Assembly (NCBI GenBank): GCA_963665115.1
Contig: OY762007.1
Location: 5,536,001-5,600,000, forward strand
Reading direction: 5' to 3'
Length of the DNA: 64,000 bases
Origin: an uncultured Rivularia sp.
Lineage (GTDB): Bacteria; Cyanobacteriota; Cyanobacteriia; Cyanobacteriales; Nostocaceae
The translations under genes were made by a program, and so were the position numbers. The notes beneath the pieces are model-generated. The model ran no database searches. It had not been told where the DNA came from and saw only the letters and a list, made by a program, of their open reading frames with translations. Positions 34,595 through 44,000 of the stretch are shown here, in pieces (the stretch's first letter is position 1; every line of letters begins with the position of its first letter).

Positions 34595-37026
34595 ATGACT
34601 CATAGCTTTGACAAACCAACGCTTGTAAGTCCCGAACCTTATTTAGAATTAAATAATCAAGGTCAAATTTTACGGCTTTATCTGAAGGAAGATGAGCATC
34701 GCTTGGGGGACGCGGACGTGAGTGGGCAGATTTAGATGTTCCTATCGGTTGGGAAGTCGTTTCTAGAAAGCAAGCTGTTTTAAAAAAAGAAGGTAGTGTT
34801 TATCGGCTTTTTGATGGCGATCGCACTAAAGCTAGCCGCAACGGTATTTTGATTAATGGCATCCGAATTGATGCAGCAGGCTGCTTGTTAAAGGATGGAT
34901 TGCAACTTCAAATCGGACAATCGGTTCAGAACCAGATTCAGTTAACTTACTGTCACCCAACTGACATTCCGATGGCTATACCCAGCAATCGGCGTTTGGT
35001 TTTCAAAGGTTTGAAGCAATCCCCTATCCAGTTAGGACGTGCTGCTAACAGCAAGGATTACTCGTCAATGCAGTTGGATGCTCCTACTGTATCCCGCATC
35101 CACGCAACTCTTTTACCGGATGGGCAAGGTGGTTATTTTCTTCAAGATTCCAGCAGTAACGGAACTTTTGTTAACGGCGAAAGAATTTCTAAACGTGCCA
35201 AATTAAGCGATGGCAGCAAAATTCAAATCGGTCCGTTTTCTCTACTTTATACAAAAGAATGTTTAGAATTATTAAATAATGGCAGCCAAGTTCGTCTTGA
35301 CGTTCAGCAGTTACGACGAATTGTCAAAGTAAAAGGCGGCGCTCAAAAAGCTATCCTTGATGATGTTTCTTTGGTAATTGAAACTGGGCAGTTAGTGGCT
35401 TTAGTGGGTGGAAGCGGTGCTGGTAAGTCCACTTTGATGAAATCTTTATTGGGAATTGCTCCGGTGACATCGGGTTCGGTATATCTCAACGGAGATAATT
35501 TACGCAAAAATTGGGCTGTTTATCGCTCTCAAATTGGTTACGTACCTCAAGATGACATCGTACATCCAGATTTACGTGTAGAAGAAGTTTTAGCTTATGC
35601 CTGTAAATTAAGACTTCCCCCCGATACAGATGTGCAAGCAGTAGTAGAAAGAACCCTCGACCAAATCAAATTAACTCACGTCAGAACCAATTTTATTAGC
35701 AACCTTAGTGGGGGACAGCGCAAGCGAGTAAGTATTGGTGTCGAATTACTCGCCGACCCCAAATTATTCTTTCTTGACGAACCTACGTCTGGACTCGATC
35801 CCGGCTTGGATAAAGAGATGATGCGGTTATTGCGGGAGTTAGCAGACCAGGGAAGAACGGTAATATTAGTTACTCACGCTACCGCAAATATTGAAGTTTG
35901 CGACAGAATTACCTTTATGGGTAGAGGTGGTAAATTATGTTACTACGGACCTCCAGGTGATGCGCTAAATTACTTTGAAATGCCGTCGAACGAACTAAAA
36001 TACTTTTCCGATATTTACATTAAATTAGACCAGGGTGGAAGTCCTAAAGAAGTAGTAGAAACAGTAGAATATTGGTCGCAAAGATATCAAAATTCATCAT
36101 ACTTTGAAAAATACGTTGGGAATTTGCTCAAACCGGGGAAAGATACCAAAAAGAAACCCGACGATAAAATTCATACCGGCATATCCCCATTCAAACAGTT
36201 AATATTACTGAGCCAGAGATATTTTCAATTAGTGGCTAGGGATAGCGCCAGTTGGATATTTGCCTTGATATCCGGGCCAATTGCGATCGCATTAACGGCT
36301 TGGATATTAAGAAACGAAACTCCTCTAGGTAAGTTAGATCAATTAGAAATCACTCAACCTCCTTTAGCACTCAAAGTATTATTTATCTTTGCCTGTATTG
36401 GTATTTGGGTAGGACTTTCGAGTTCGGTAAGGGAAATTGTCAAGGAATCTGCTATTTATGCCAGAGAAAGGCTGATTAATTTAGGTTTGCTACCTTATTT
36501 AGCTTCAAAAGTGCTGATTCGTTCCGGTTTAACCTTTTTACAAACTTTATTGATTGTAATAACCGTTGTAATTGGTTTTGAATCGCCAGAATATAATCTC
36601 ATGCCTTGGTCTGTAGGCTTAGGAATCACAACTTTTTTAACATTGCTGGCAAGCGTTAGTCTTAGCTTAATGATTTCCGCAGCAGTCAAGAACGAAAACG
36701 AAGCCAACAGCATACTCCCCTTAATCATGATTCCTCAGATAATTCTTTCCGGGGTGCTATTTGAATTGGAAGGATTATCGGGAAAACTCGGCTGGTTAAC
36801 TATTAGCAGATGGTCGATGGGTGCTTACGGTGCCTTAGTTAACGTTAACGAAATGGTTCCAGCAGCCACTCCAGGGGCACCTTCATTAGACGATATTTTC
36901 GCCGCATCTTCAGTGTATGACGCAACTTTAGATAATTTGGGATTGAATTGGGGAATTCTCAGTTTGCATACGTTAGTTTATTTAACTATCGCGTTAGTGT
37001 TACTCAAGCGGAAAGATATTGTATAG
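34595..37026 (+). CDS. Double-FHA ABC transporter (ABCG-like ATPase + permease), with an apparent frameshift at 34705-34709
   Basis: FHA motifs (LGR, VSRKQA, SRNG; LGR, VSRIHA, SSNGTFVNG), GGSGAGKST, LSGGQRKR, FLDEPTSGLD and ABC2 membrane helices. The true start is ATG at 34595. Confidence 0.9.
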
Positions 37027-37027
37027 A

Positions 37028-37329
37028 AAATTGGGAATGGGTAATTAGGGATTGGGGATTGGGAATAGTTAGGAGTAGGGAGTAGGGAGTTAGGAGTAGC
37101 AAGTAGCAAGTAGCAAGTAGCAAGTAGCAAGTAGCAAGTAAATCACTTTTTTATTATTGTCATAAATGTAGGTACTTCTGCCCGTCTATTTTTACTCGCG
37201 ACTCCTAACTCCCTACTTGTTACTCACTACTCACTACTCACTACTCACTACTCACTACTCACTACTCACTACTCACTACTCACTACTCACTACTCACTAC
37301 TCACTACTCACTACTCACTACTCACTACT
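37028..37329. repeat. STRR heptamer arrays (GGGGATT, GGGAGTA, TAGCAAG, and about 15 copies of CACTACT)
   Basis: Tandem heptamers are directly visible. Confidence 0.9.
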
Positions 37330-37479
37330 TTAATAATGTCCCCTTGTCCGCGCATCTCCACATCACTATATAACTAGAGATAAGAGGTGAGCCTACCTTA
37401 AACTAGAGTATGAGAGTGTAATGGTTGACTCTTATACTAAATCATGGTAGAAAATATTCTTTTTTTGGAGTAGATAAAA

Positions 37480-37671
37480 ATGGGTGGAATTATTGGTGGT
37501 TTGCTAATTGTGGCTTACGTAGGCGGAGTTTGGAAGTTTTGGACTGGATTTAGAAGAACTAATTTCAGCAACAGCTTAACAAATCGTCTTGCTTTATCAT
37601 TGTTATGGCCAGCTTGCTTTGTTGGGAGTAAATCCTATCGTAGAAATTTTACAAAAGCCCTCAAAGGTTAG
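37480..37671 (+). CDS. Small membrane protein (conserved cyanobacterial hypothetical)
   Basis: RBS GGAG and the sequence YVGGVWKFWTGFRRTNF...LLWP...YRRNF. Confidence 0.7.
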   Translation: MGGIIGGLLIVAYVGGVWKFWTGFRRTNFSNSLTNRLALSLLWPACFVGSKSYRRNFTKALKG

Positions 37672-37789
37672 CAATTATTTTGATGTTTCTACAAAATATA
37701 TGAGGAAACAAACAAAATTGTCAGAAGAATAAAATCTCTGGCAATCTTTTTTATCAAAACATATTGTAGTGGGAGCATCTTGCTCCCTA

Positions 37790-37940
37790 TTTCCCAATTA
37801 CCAATTCTCAATTACCAACTCTCAATTACCAATTACCAATTACCAATTACCAATTATCAATGCCCAATTATCAATGCCCAATTATCAATGCTCAATTCCC
37901 AATGCCCAATTATCAATGCCCAATTATCAATGCCCAATTT
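37790..37940. repeat. Mixed STRR heptamer array (AATTACC / CAATGCC / CAATTAT)
   Basis: Tandem heptamers directly after the stop codon of 37941..39113. Confidence 0.85.
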
Positions 37941-39113
37941 TTATTTCTTCCGCCTTCTTTTAATAACTTGCTCGCGTACTTGTTGATTTAATAAGTAACC
38001 AAAACCAGCTTTTTCTAAACGATGAACAAATTCATCATAATTATTTCCTAAAGCTTTCGCAGTCGCATCAATATTCCAATTATATTCGGCCAATTTACTA
38101 AGTAAGTAAACTCGCTTGGTTTGTGCGTTAGATAAACGGAAAGTTTTTAAATATTCTAATTCTCCATTCTCCCTAACAATCGCTTCTCCAATATGATTTT
38201 CTTCTTTAAGCTGTATATCGGTAATAAAACGCTGTAATCTAAATGGCCCGACATTGTAAACAATTTTAGATTGCAATTGACGATTTAGAATTCCTTCAGC
38301 CATGAAACCTTGAAAAGATGCCCAATCCGTTCGCATTTTTTCGATAGCTAATCTTAAATTTGCTAAATTATCAATCTCCGATTCATTTACTGATACATCC
38401 ATAGGAAAAGTTGTATCGTACAGCAAACCGTATTGATAAATTAATTCACCATAAAAATCTTCTAATAAACTCCTATGTAGCAAACGATAATCTTCTGGAG
38501 TGGGAACTACAAAAGCCGATGCTAAAGCTTCCGCGACAAAAATTAAAACTCCAACTTGTTTGGGATAAATTTCAAATACCCTTAAAGCATCTTCCAATCT
38601 AGCAATATAACGTCCTCCTACAGCAGTTTCGTAACGACAACCTAATCCATGTGAAAGAGCATACTTAGAATATTCGCTCCAAGCAATATCGGGGCCAGAA
38701 AAAAACATGGAAAGAAAACCTTCCATTGCCAAATGTAGCGGTAAGAATCTTAATTGATGATTTGACTCTCGTTTTCTCATACGATGCATTAAACGCACGC
38801 TAGCACAACCGGAATCAAGTCTTTTACCGTCAGATTTTGATTTCTGCATTTGTCCCCCGAAAGCAGCTAACGGGCTACCATCATCAGTCCAAGACATCAC
38901 TAACCCGTGGGGAACGTAGGAATAAGAATTAATATCTTTTTCTAAAGAAACAACAGTTAAATCTTCATCATAAGAACGTTTCATTAAACGTAAATCGCTG
39001 CGTACATTACGTCTGAGCAACGGCACAATTCGCACTGCACCGCGCACTTGAGAAGGAGCGATTTCTAATCCTTTTAAAGATATATCTGTTAGTAAATTCT
39101 TTTTTTGTGCCAC
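37941..39113 (-). CDS. ARPP-2-like domain protein with a C-terminal Fis-type helix-turn-helix
   Basis: The N-terminal LKGLEIAPSQVRGAVRIVPL...DLRL and YVPHGLV, LRFLPLHLAMEGFL recall ARPP-2 proteins (from memory, unverified). LAEYNWNIDATAKALG...HRLEKAG fits HTH_8. Confidence 0.6.
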   Translation of the reverse strand: MAQKKNLLTDISLKGLEIAPSQVRGAVRIVPLLRRNVRSDLRLMKRSYDEDLTVVSLEKDINSYSYVPHGLVMSWTDDGSPLAAFGGQMQKSKSDGKRLDSGCASVRLMHRMRKRESNHQLRFLPLHLAMEGFLSMFFSGPDIAWSEYSKYALSHGLGCRYETAVGGRYIARLEDALRVFEIYPKQVGVLIFVAEALASAFVVPTPEDYRLLHRSLLEDFYGELIYQYGLLYDTTFPMDVSVNESEIDNLANLRLAIEKMRTDWASFQGFMAEGILNRQLQSKIVYNVGPFRLQRFITDIQLKEENHIGEAIVRENGELEYLKTFRLSNAQTKRVYLLSKLAEYNWNIDATAKALGNNYDEFVHRLEKAGFGYLLNQQVREQVIKRRRKK

Positions 39114-39147
39114 TTTTAATCAATTATCAATGAACAATTATCAATTA

Positions 39148-39525
39148 TCAGTTGTTGTGGTTTATTCTTGTCTTTTTTAGAATTGAAAAAAGTAATCTTG
39201 CAATTTCGTCTGCATCTTTATAAATACTTTGAAAAGCTTTGTCAGTAATATAATCTGTATCTTTGAGAAGACAAAGCCAATACTTGGTTTCGAGACACTC
39301 TTTATACGCTATGGATAATTTAGCGGAAAAATCGGCTGTATAAATAGCTCCGTTTGCTTCTGAAACATTAGCTCCAATAGATGTTCCGCTCCTCATCAGT
39401 TGTTTTGATAAAATATATTCTTTCTTTTTTTCGGTGAGATATTTATAAGCATTAACGGTTCTAATAGCGAACTTATAAGACTTATCATAAAGAACATTAT
39501 TACTAAAATAATATTGCTGACTCAT
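39148..39525 (-). CDS. Four helix bundle protein (23S rRNA-IVP / Avd-like family)
   Basis: DKSYKFAIR, LSKQLMRSGTSIGANVSEA and FSAKLSIAYKECLETKYWL. Confidence 0.9.
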   Translation of the reverse strand: MSQQYYFSNNVLYDKSYKFAIRTVNAYKYLTEKKKEYILSKQLMRSGTSIGANVSEANGAIYTADFSAKLSIAYKECLETKYWLCLLKDTDYITDKAFQSIYKDADEIARLLFSILKKTRINHNN

Positions 39526-39640
39526 ATATATATATATTAAAAATTACACAGTATTCCTTACTCCTTAATAACCTAAAACTATTAATATTTTATCGACCAC
39601 CATTAAACATTCACCGACAATTGATAATAGCTGATTTATG

Positions 39641-41092
39641 TTAACTACTTCTTGATAATTGATAATTGTTAATTGATAATTGATAACTGACTCTATTTGA
39701 TAAATATTCTTCCAACTCCGATAAAGAAGCAGAGCCATTTGCAAACTGAGCAAAACCCAACATTGTTGGTAAATCTTCAGCATCTCGCAATCCGACGGTG
39801 GGAATGTCGGGACATAATGAGCGCACGGAAAAGTCGTCGGAGTTGAAAACTGGATTGCAGTGAACTATTGAGGTACGGTTATTTATATCTAAACGCTTCC
39901 TAAAAATGCTTAATACCTGCGCTGCTCCGCAAGGTGGGTCATTTTCGCAACCATCGGATACAATCACTACTAAGTCTGCGCCCCATTCTAATGCATCTAA
40001 TAAAGGTGTTGCTAAGTCGGATTGTCCGCGAGGACTTACTTGCAATGGATCTGCTGGAGGTAGCGTCCAAAAATCTTGATATTCTTTAGCTGCGGTTTTT
40101 AACAAATAGTGAGTAGCTAAAGCGACACCCAATGGACGACGGCGCTTTTCGGAAGAACCATAACTGGAGTAGCTGCAATCTAAAACTGCTGCGACTCGCT
40201 GTAATTTCATTGGTGCTTTTCTCAATATTTTTTGAGCAGATTTTTCTAGAGCTTGATTGAGAATATCCCGTTTTTGTTTTCGAGTGTTCGCGGGTAAGGA
40301 AAGTATATATAGTGCTAATTTAGTTAAAGGTAGTCGAGCTAAATCTAAATCAATGTTGATTTTGGCGCTACAAGCCGCATTTTGAAACCGTAATTTTTCG
40401 TTCAAAGTCATCCTTTCTTGGATGCGGGTTAAGAAAACTTCGCGTTTAATTTTATGCTTTGCTGCTAAACCTTCAGCAACGGTAAATGGCAATTGATATA
40501 CAGCTTCAGCGCTAAAATGAGCTTGACGAAAGTTTTCAAATAATTCTGTTTGATATGCTTTTTGTTTCCAGTTCCGAAACAGAAAATTACTTAATTCTCC
40601 TTGAAGTTTCAAGTGTGCGTGAGTAACTATTGCCCGTACTTTAGAACGATATTTCACCGCATCAAAATCAATATTGCGGCGATAATTCAGATAATCGCGG
40701 GCGATCGCCCGACTGCGACGGTTGTTGATTTTTCGTTGTCTCAACTGCTGCAATACTCCCCAAGCCCGCTGGGTTGGTAGTTGTTGCAATGCCGAAGCAA
40801 TCAACGCGCCTTCTTCTTGCCGATGTTGTGCAGATGTATTTTTTCCCGTAGCCAATAAGTTTAAAATTATCTGTACTTGATTAAAATGATTAATTCCTGC
40901 TGCCAAAGTCCGAGCATAGAGCAAGCGGTAATTACCTAAAATATATTCATGCAGAAAATTAATTGAAACCTTCTGTCCGTAAGCATCATCATAAAATTCC
41001 CTCTGCCCCGTACAGGACAAACAAGCATTAATAAACATAACCAAATCTTCCCGCGCAACAACTTCGGCACGGTTATTTAACGCAGTATTCAT
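39641..41092 (-). CDS. Ro60/TROVE-like helical domain plus vWA (MIDAS) protein
   Basis: Basic helical N-terminal region of about 295 aa. The C-terminal VAAVLDCSYS (DxSxS), RGQSDLATPL and VVIVSDGCEN parallel Ro60 DVSASM / GGTDCSLPM / IVFTDNET. Confidence 0.65.
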   Translation of the reverse strand: MNTALNNRAEVVAREDLVMFINACLSCTGQREFYDDAYGQKVSINFLHEYILGNYRLLYARTLAAGINHFNQVQIILNLLATGKNTSAQHRQEEGALIASALQQLPTQRAWGVLQQLRQRKINNRRSRAIARDYLNYRRNIDFDAVKYRSKVRAIVTHAHLKLQGELSNFLFRNWKQKAYQTELFENFRQAHFSAEAVYQLPFTVAEGLAAKHKIKREVFLTRIQERMTLNEKLRFQNAACSAKINIDLDLARLPLTKLALYILSLPANTRKQKRDILNQALEKSAQKILRKAPMKLQRVAAVLDCSYSSYGSSEKRRRPLGVALATHYLLKTAAKEYQDFWTLPPADPLQVSPRGQSDLATPLLDALEWGADLVVIVSDGCENDPPCGAAQVLSIFRKRLDINNRTSIVHCNPVFNSDDFSVRSLCPDIPTVGLRDAEDLPTMLGFAQFANGSASLSELEEYLSNRVSYQLSINNYQLSRSS

Positions 41093-41093
41093 A

Positions 41094-41292
41094 GGGAGTA
41101 GAAAGTAGGGAGTTAGGAGTAGGGAGTTAGGAGTTGGGAGTAGTGAGTAGAAAGTAGTGAGTTGGGAGTAGTGAGTTAGGAGTTGGGAGTAATAAGTAGT
41201 GAGTTAGGAGTAGGGAGTTAGGAGTAGGGAGTAATAAGTAGGGAGTAGAAAGTAGGGAGTTAGGAGTAGGGAGTAGAAAGTAGTGAGTAGAA
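41094..41292. repeat. Degenerate STRR array (GGGAGTA / GGAGTTA / GTGAGTA)
   Basis: About 200 bp of tandem heptamers between the candidate RNA and the vWA gene start. Confidence 0.85.
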
Positions 41293-41330
41293 ACTACATA
41301 ATTAATCCAAAATCTAAAATTGAAGAGGGG

Positions 41331-41420
41331 GATGCTGTTCGGGGAAAGGCGGCACGACTGGCTATGACCATTTGTAAGTGGGATTCGGAAGTCGCACCAT
41401 AGTCCCCCCGCGAACAGCAA
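41331..41420 (-). ncRNA. Candidate structured ncRNA, Y-RNA/YrlA-like or a cis-leader of the Ro60-like operon
   Basis: GC-rich island. On the minus strand UGCUGUUCG-C-GGGGGG pairs with UUUCCC-CGAACAGCA (bulged C). The inner stem is GGUGCGACU/AGUCGUGCC, and the loop holds the T-loop-like UUCCGAAUCCC. Confidence 0.6.
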
Positions 41421-41468
41421 GACTGATAATAATTTGTAATTATTTGTAATGATTAATTATTAAGTTTA

Positions 41469-41831
41469 TTAAGCGTGGCAGAATTCACAATTAAACAGTT
41501 TCTGCAATAAATATTCAGTATATTCCTCAAGCTCAGTTACGAATACACCCGTTTCGCTTTCCGCTTCTGATGTTACCCAAATACCTTTTAAAACAACTTC
41601 AACCGACTCGGCATCACAACGGCAGAACTCTACTATATTTTCGCTGTTGATTTTATTTAGTTCACTAATGAAAAACGATGCTGGTACTAAAATAGAGGCC
41701 GTACTAGATTCAATATTAATACTGACAGTACTCCGTATACTTATAAGTACTCTGGTATTTATCCAGTCTTCTAAGGATTGTTTTAAGCAATCTAAGCTTA
41801 TCTTATCGTCGGTATAAGTAAGTTTTAACAT
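41469..41831 (-). CDS. Alr0857 family protein
   Basis: MLKLTYT...LEDWI..RV, ESSTASILVP and VEVVLKGIW...GVFVT. Confidence 0.75.
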   Translation of the reverse strand: MLKLTYTDDKISLDCLKQSLEDWINTRVLISIRSTVSINIESSTASILVPASFFISELNKINSENIVEFCRCDAESVEVVLKGIWVTSEAESETGVFVTELEEYTEYLLQKLFNCEFCHA

Positions 41832-42578
41832 GGAAAATTTTCTACATCATCGGTGAAATCATTAAAAAAACAGAAAGTAATCAAATATTGATTTGTTTAT
41901 CTGTTAAATACACTATATGCCGTGGTAATTCCCTCAAGCTAATAAAAATTAAAATATTCGGGAAGCTAGTAGCATAGCTAGCTGTAGACCTGGGGGAAGC
42001 TGTTTAACCTGGGGGAATCCCTTAAGTTTCGATAAAATGTACCTCTCGATGATGTATTATTAATAATCTGGAAAAGTAAATCAAAAAAATATTAAGTTTC
42101 AATTCATCTTATGCTTAAAACATTAAATCTATTACTAAGGATAGATAGATTCATTTTTCTTTTTTGAGGAAAATAAGTTTATGTTTGCTTCGAGTCAATG
42201 CTTGTATTACAGGTGTATCTCGTTGATAGCAGCAAAAAGATTTATCAGACGGAATATTTATGCTAAAAATATCAACTGCTTAATAGGGTGATATTTCGGA
42301 TACTATTTTTATAATTTCCAAGCTAGACTCGGATAGAAATTAATACTTGGGTTGAACCAACAGTACTGTTGGTTATAGATATTTTTTAACTAGTACCCTT
42401 GTCCAAAAATGGGTTGACAGTTGTTTCTTCTACTTTTCCTTTTGTGGAAAGGTAATACAATCAACCCGTTATGTTAATTAGTTCCCATTTGTAACCATTT
42501 CTTGAAACAAGCTACAAGCGCTTCAGATAGCATTTTTGAAGCGTATTTGAACATCAATTAAATTTCTTCGGAGGAAAA

Positions 42579-42833
42579 ATGCTTCAGGGTAATAATGGTG
42601 AAACTCTTTCTATTTACGAATGGTTATCTAGAGCAGGATTTAAAAATTCCGATGTCTTTAGAATGGAGCCGGAATTAATTCGCCATCTTCACAGACAGTG
42701 GTTTGTATATCGCGAAATTGTGCAAACTTTTATGTCAGAAAATGACTGTTCCGATCCCAGCGAAATTGAAATTAACCATCCCTATCGCACACCTCAAGTA
42801 CCTCAAGCTGCTTCTTACTCTCAGATGGCTTAA
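42579..42833 (+). CDS. Hypothetical protein
   Basis: 84-aa ORF with a strong RBS (GGAGG) and a downstream hairpin. Confidence 0.65.
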   Translation: MLQGNNGETLSIYEWLSRAGFKNSDVFRMEPELIRHLHRQWFVYREIVQTFMSENDCSDPSEIEINHPYRTPQVPQAASYSQMA

Positions 42834-42857
42834 ATTGATCCCCATTGCACCTCGATG

Positions 42858-42900
42858 AGAAACCGGATTTCTGCAAATGGCTAAACGAAATCCGGTTTCT
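42858..42900. terminator. Inverted repeat between convergent genes
   Basis: agaaaccggatttc...gaaatccggtttct. Confidence 0.55.
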
Positions 42901-42980
42901 TTATGCTTATTGAGAATGATGCAAGGTGTGGTACTACAAACAATTGTTTAAGAGGATGTTTTTAAAGTATAATTATATAC

Positions 42981-43347
42981 CTACTGATTTTTTTGCCAAA
43001 GTTGCTGAATAAACTGATGAAGTTGCTGCTTGGCTGCTTGAAATAATTCTGGTTTTGGTTTCTTTAACTAAAATCTGTGTGTATAGCTCAATTACTTCTG
43101 TATCTAAAGCCGGTTGAAACAAGTTTATTGCCCAGAGTAAATCGGAAGTAGAGCGCAAATCGCTTACTTGCCGCGCTTCACTTTCTTGAATAACAAGTAG
43201 TAAAGGACGCACCCAGCATAAATTACGTTCGACTACTACCTGAATCACTTCTGCATATAGTCTGCTGTCGCCATATTCGAGAAAGACTATTTGTCCGGCT
43301 TGAAAATTTAATTTGATCTCCATGTTTCGGGGGTTATGTGGCGACAA
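42981..43347 (-). CDS. Conserved cyanobacterial hypothetical protein, with an apparent +1 frameshift near 43060
   Basis: RLYAEVIQ, CWVRPLLL and DLLW...FQPALDTEVI. Removing one A gives EPKPELFQAAKQQLHQFIQQLWQKNQ* ending at 42981. Confidence 0.7.
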
Positions 43348-43597
43348 TAATTATTTACTGTACTTCGATCCATTTTCATCTATTTTCACAGCCTTAGTCC
43401 AGTTGGTTGAGAAAAAATAGTAATTTGTGCAACTGAAACTAAACTCAAAAAGTATGCTAGTAGTCTCATCATGATTACTAATCAATTGAGCGGATAAAAC
43501 TTTAGTCAAATTCGAGCATCGCAATTAGATGCGATACAATATTTTAAATAAGTGTTAAGTAAAGTGTAGTAAACAAAAGAGAAGAAGCGTACTAACC

Positions 43598-43879
43598 GTG
43601 TCAGTCGAAACCATACAGAAACCCTCAACAATCCGTAAGCACGCGCCTCGGTACCGTGTTTTGCTCCATAATGATGATAATAACCCGATGGAGTATGTGG
43701 TGCAGACACTGATCGCCACAGTGCCGAGCCTCAGCCAACCCCAGGCTGTCAGCATCATGATGGAAGCCCATACGAATGGATTAGCTTTAGTTATTACTTG
43801 CGCTCAAGAACACGCGGAGTTTTATAGCGAGACTCTAAAAGATCGTGGGTTAAGCAGCACAATTGAGCCGGAAGACTAA
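43598..43879 (+). CDS. clpS: ATP-dependent Clp protease adaptor ClpS
   Basis: YRVLLHNDDNNPMEYVV, IMMEAHTNG and EHAEFY. Confidence 0.95.
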   Translation: MSVETIQKPSTIRKHAPRYRVLLHNDDNNPMEYVVQTLIATVPSLSQPQAVSIMMEAHTNGLALVITCAQEHAEFYSETLKDRGLSSTIEPED

Positions 43880-44000
43880 CGTTAAACAAAAAAGAAACTG
43901 TTTATACTTAGTTGTCGTCCGTTTTCAAAGCATGGTAAAGAAACAGCAGATAATATAAGTTTATTTACTGCTGTCCAATTGCCAATACAAACGACTTGGT

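Noticed and set aside
37221..37329. CRISPR array
   Set aside because: These are pure 7-bp tandem repeats with no unique spacers, and no cas genes are present.
37769..37986. Two short plus-strand ORFs
   Set aside because: They are encoded entirely by heptamer repeats (ITNYQLP / PNAQ).
39148..39525. Diversity-generating retroelement (Avd-like gene)
   Set aside because: No reverse transcriptase and no template/variable repeat pair is visible.
41331..41420. Canonical tRNA gene
   Set aside because: It has a T-loop-like motif but no cloverleaf, D-arm, anticodon arm or 7-bp acceptor geometry.
41127..41420. 97-aa ORF on the minus strand
   Set aside because: It is a translation of the structured element plus the STRR array (LLPTPNS repeats), not a credible protein.
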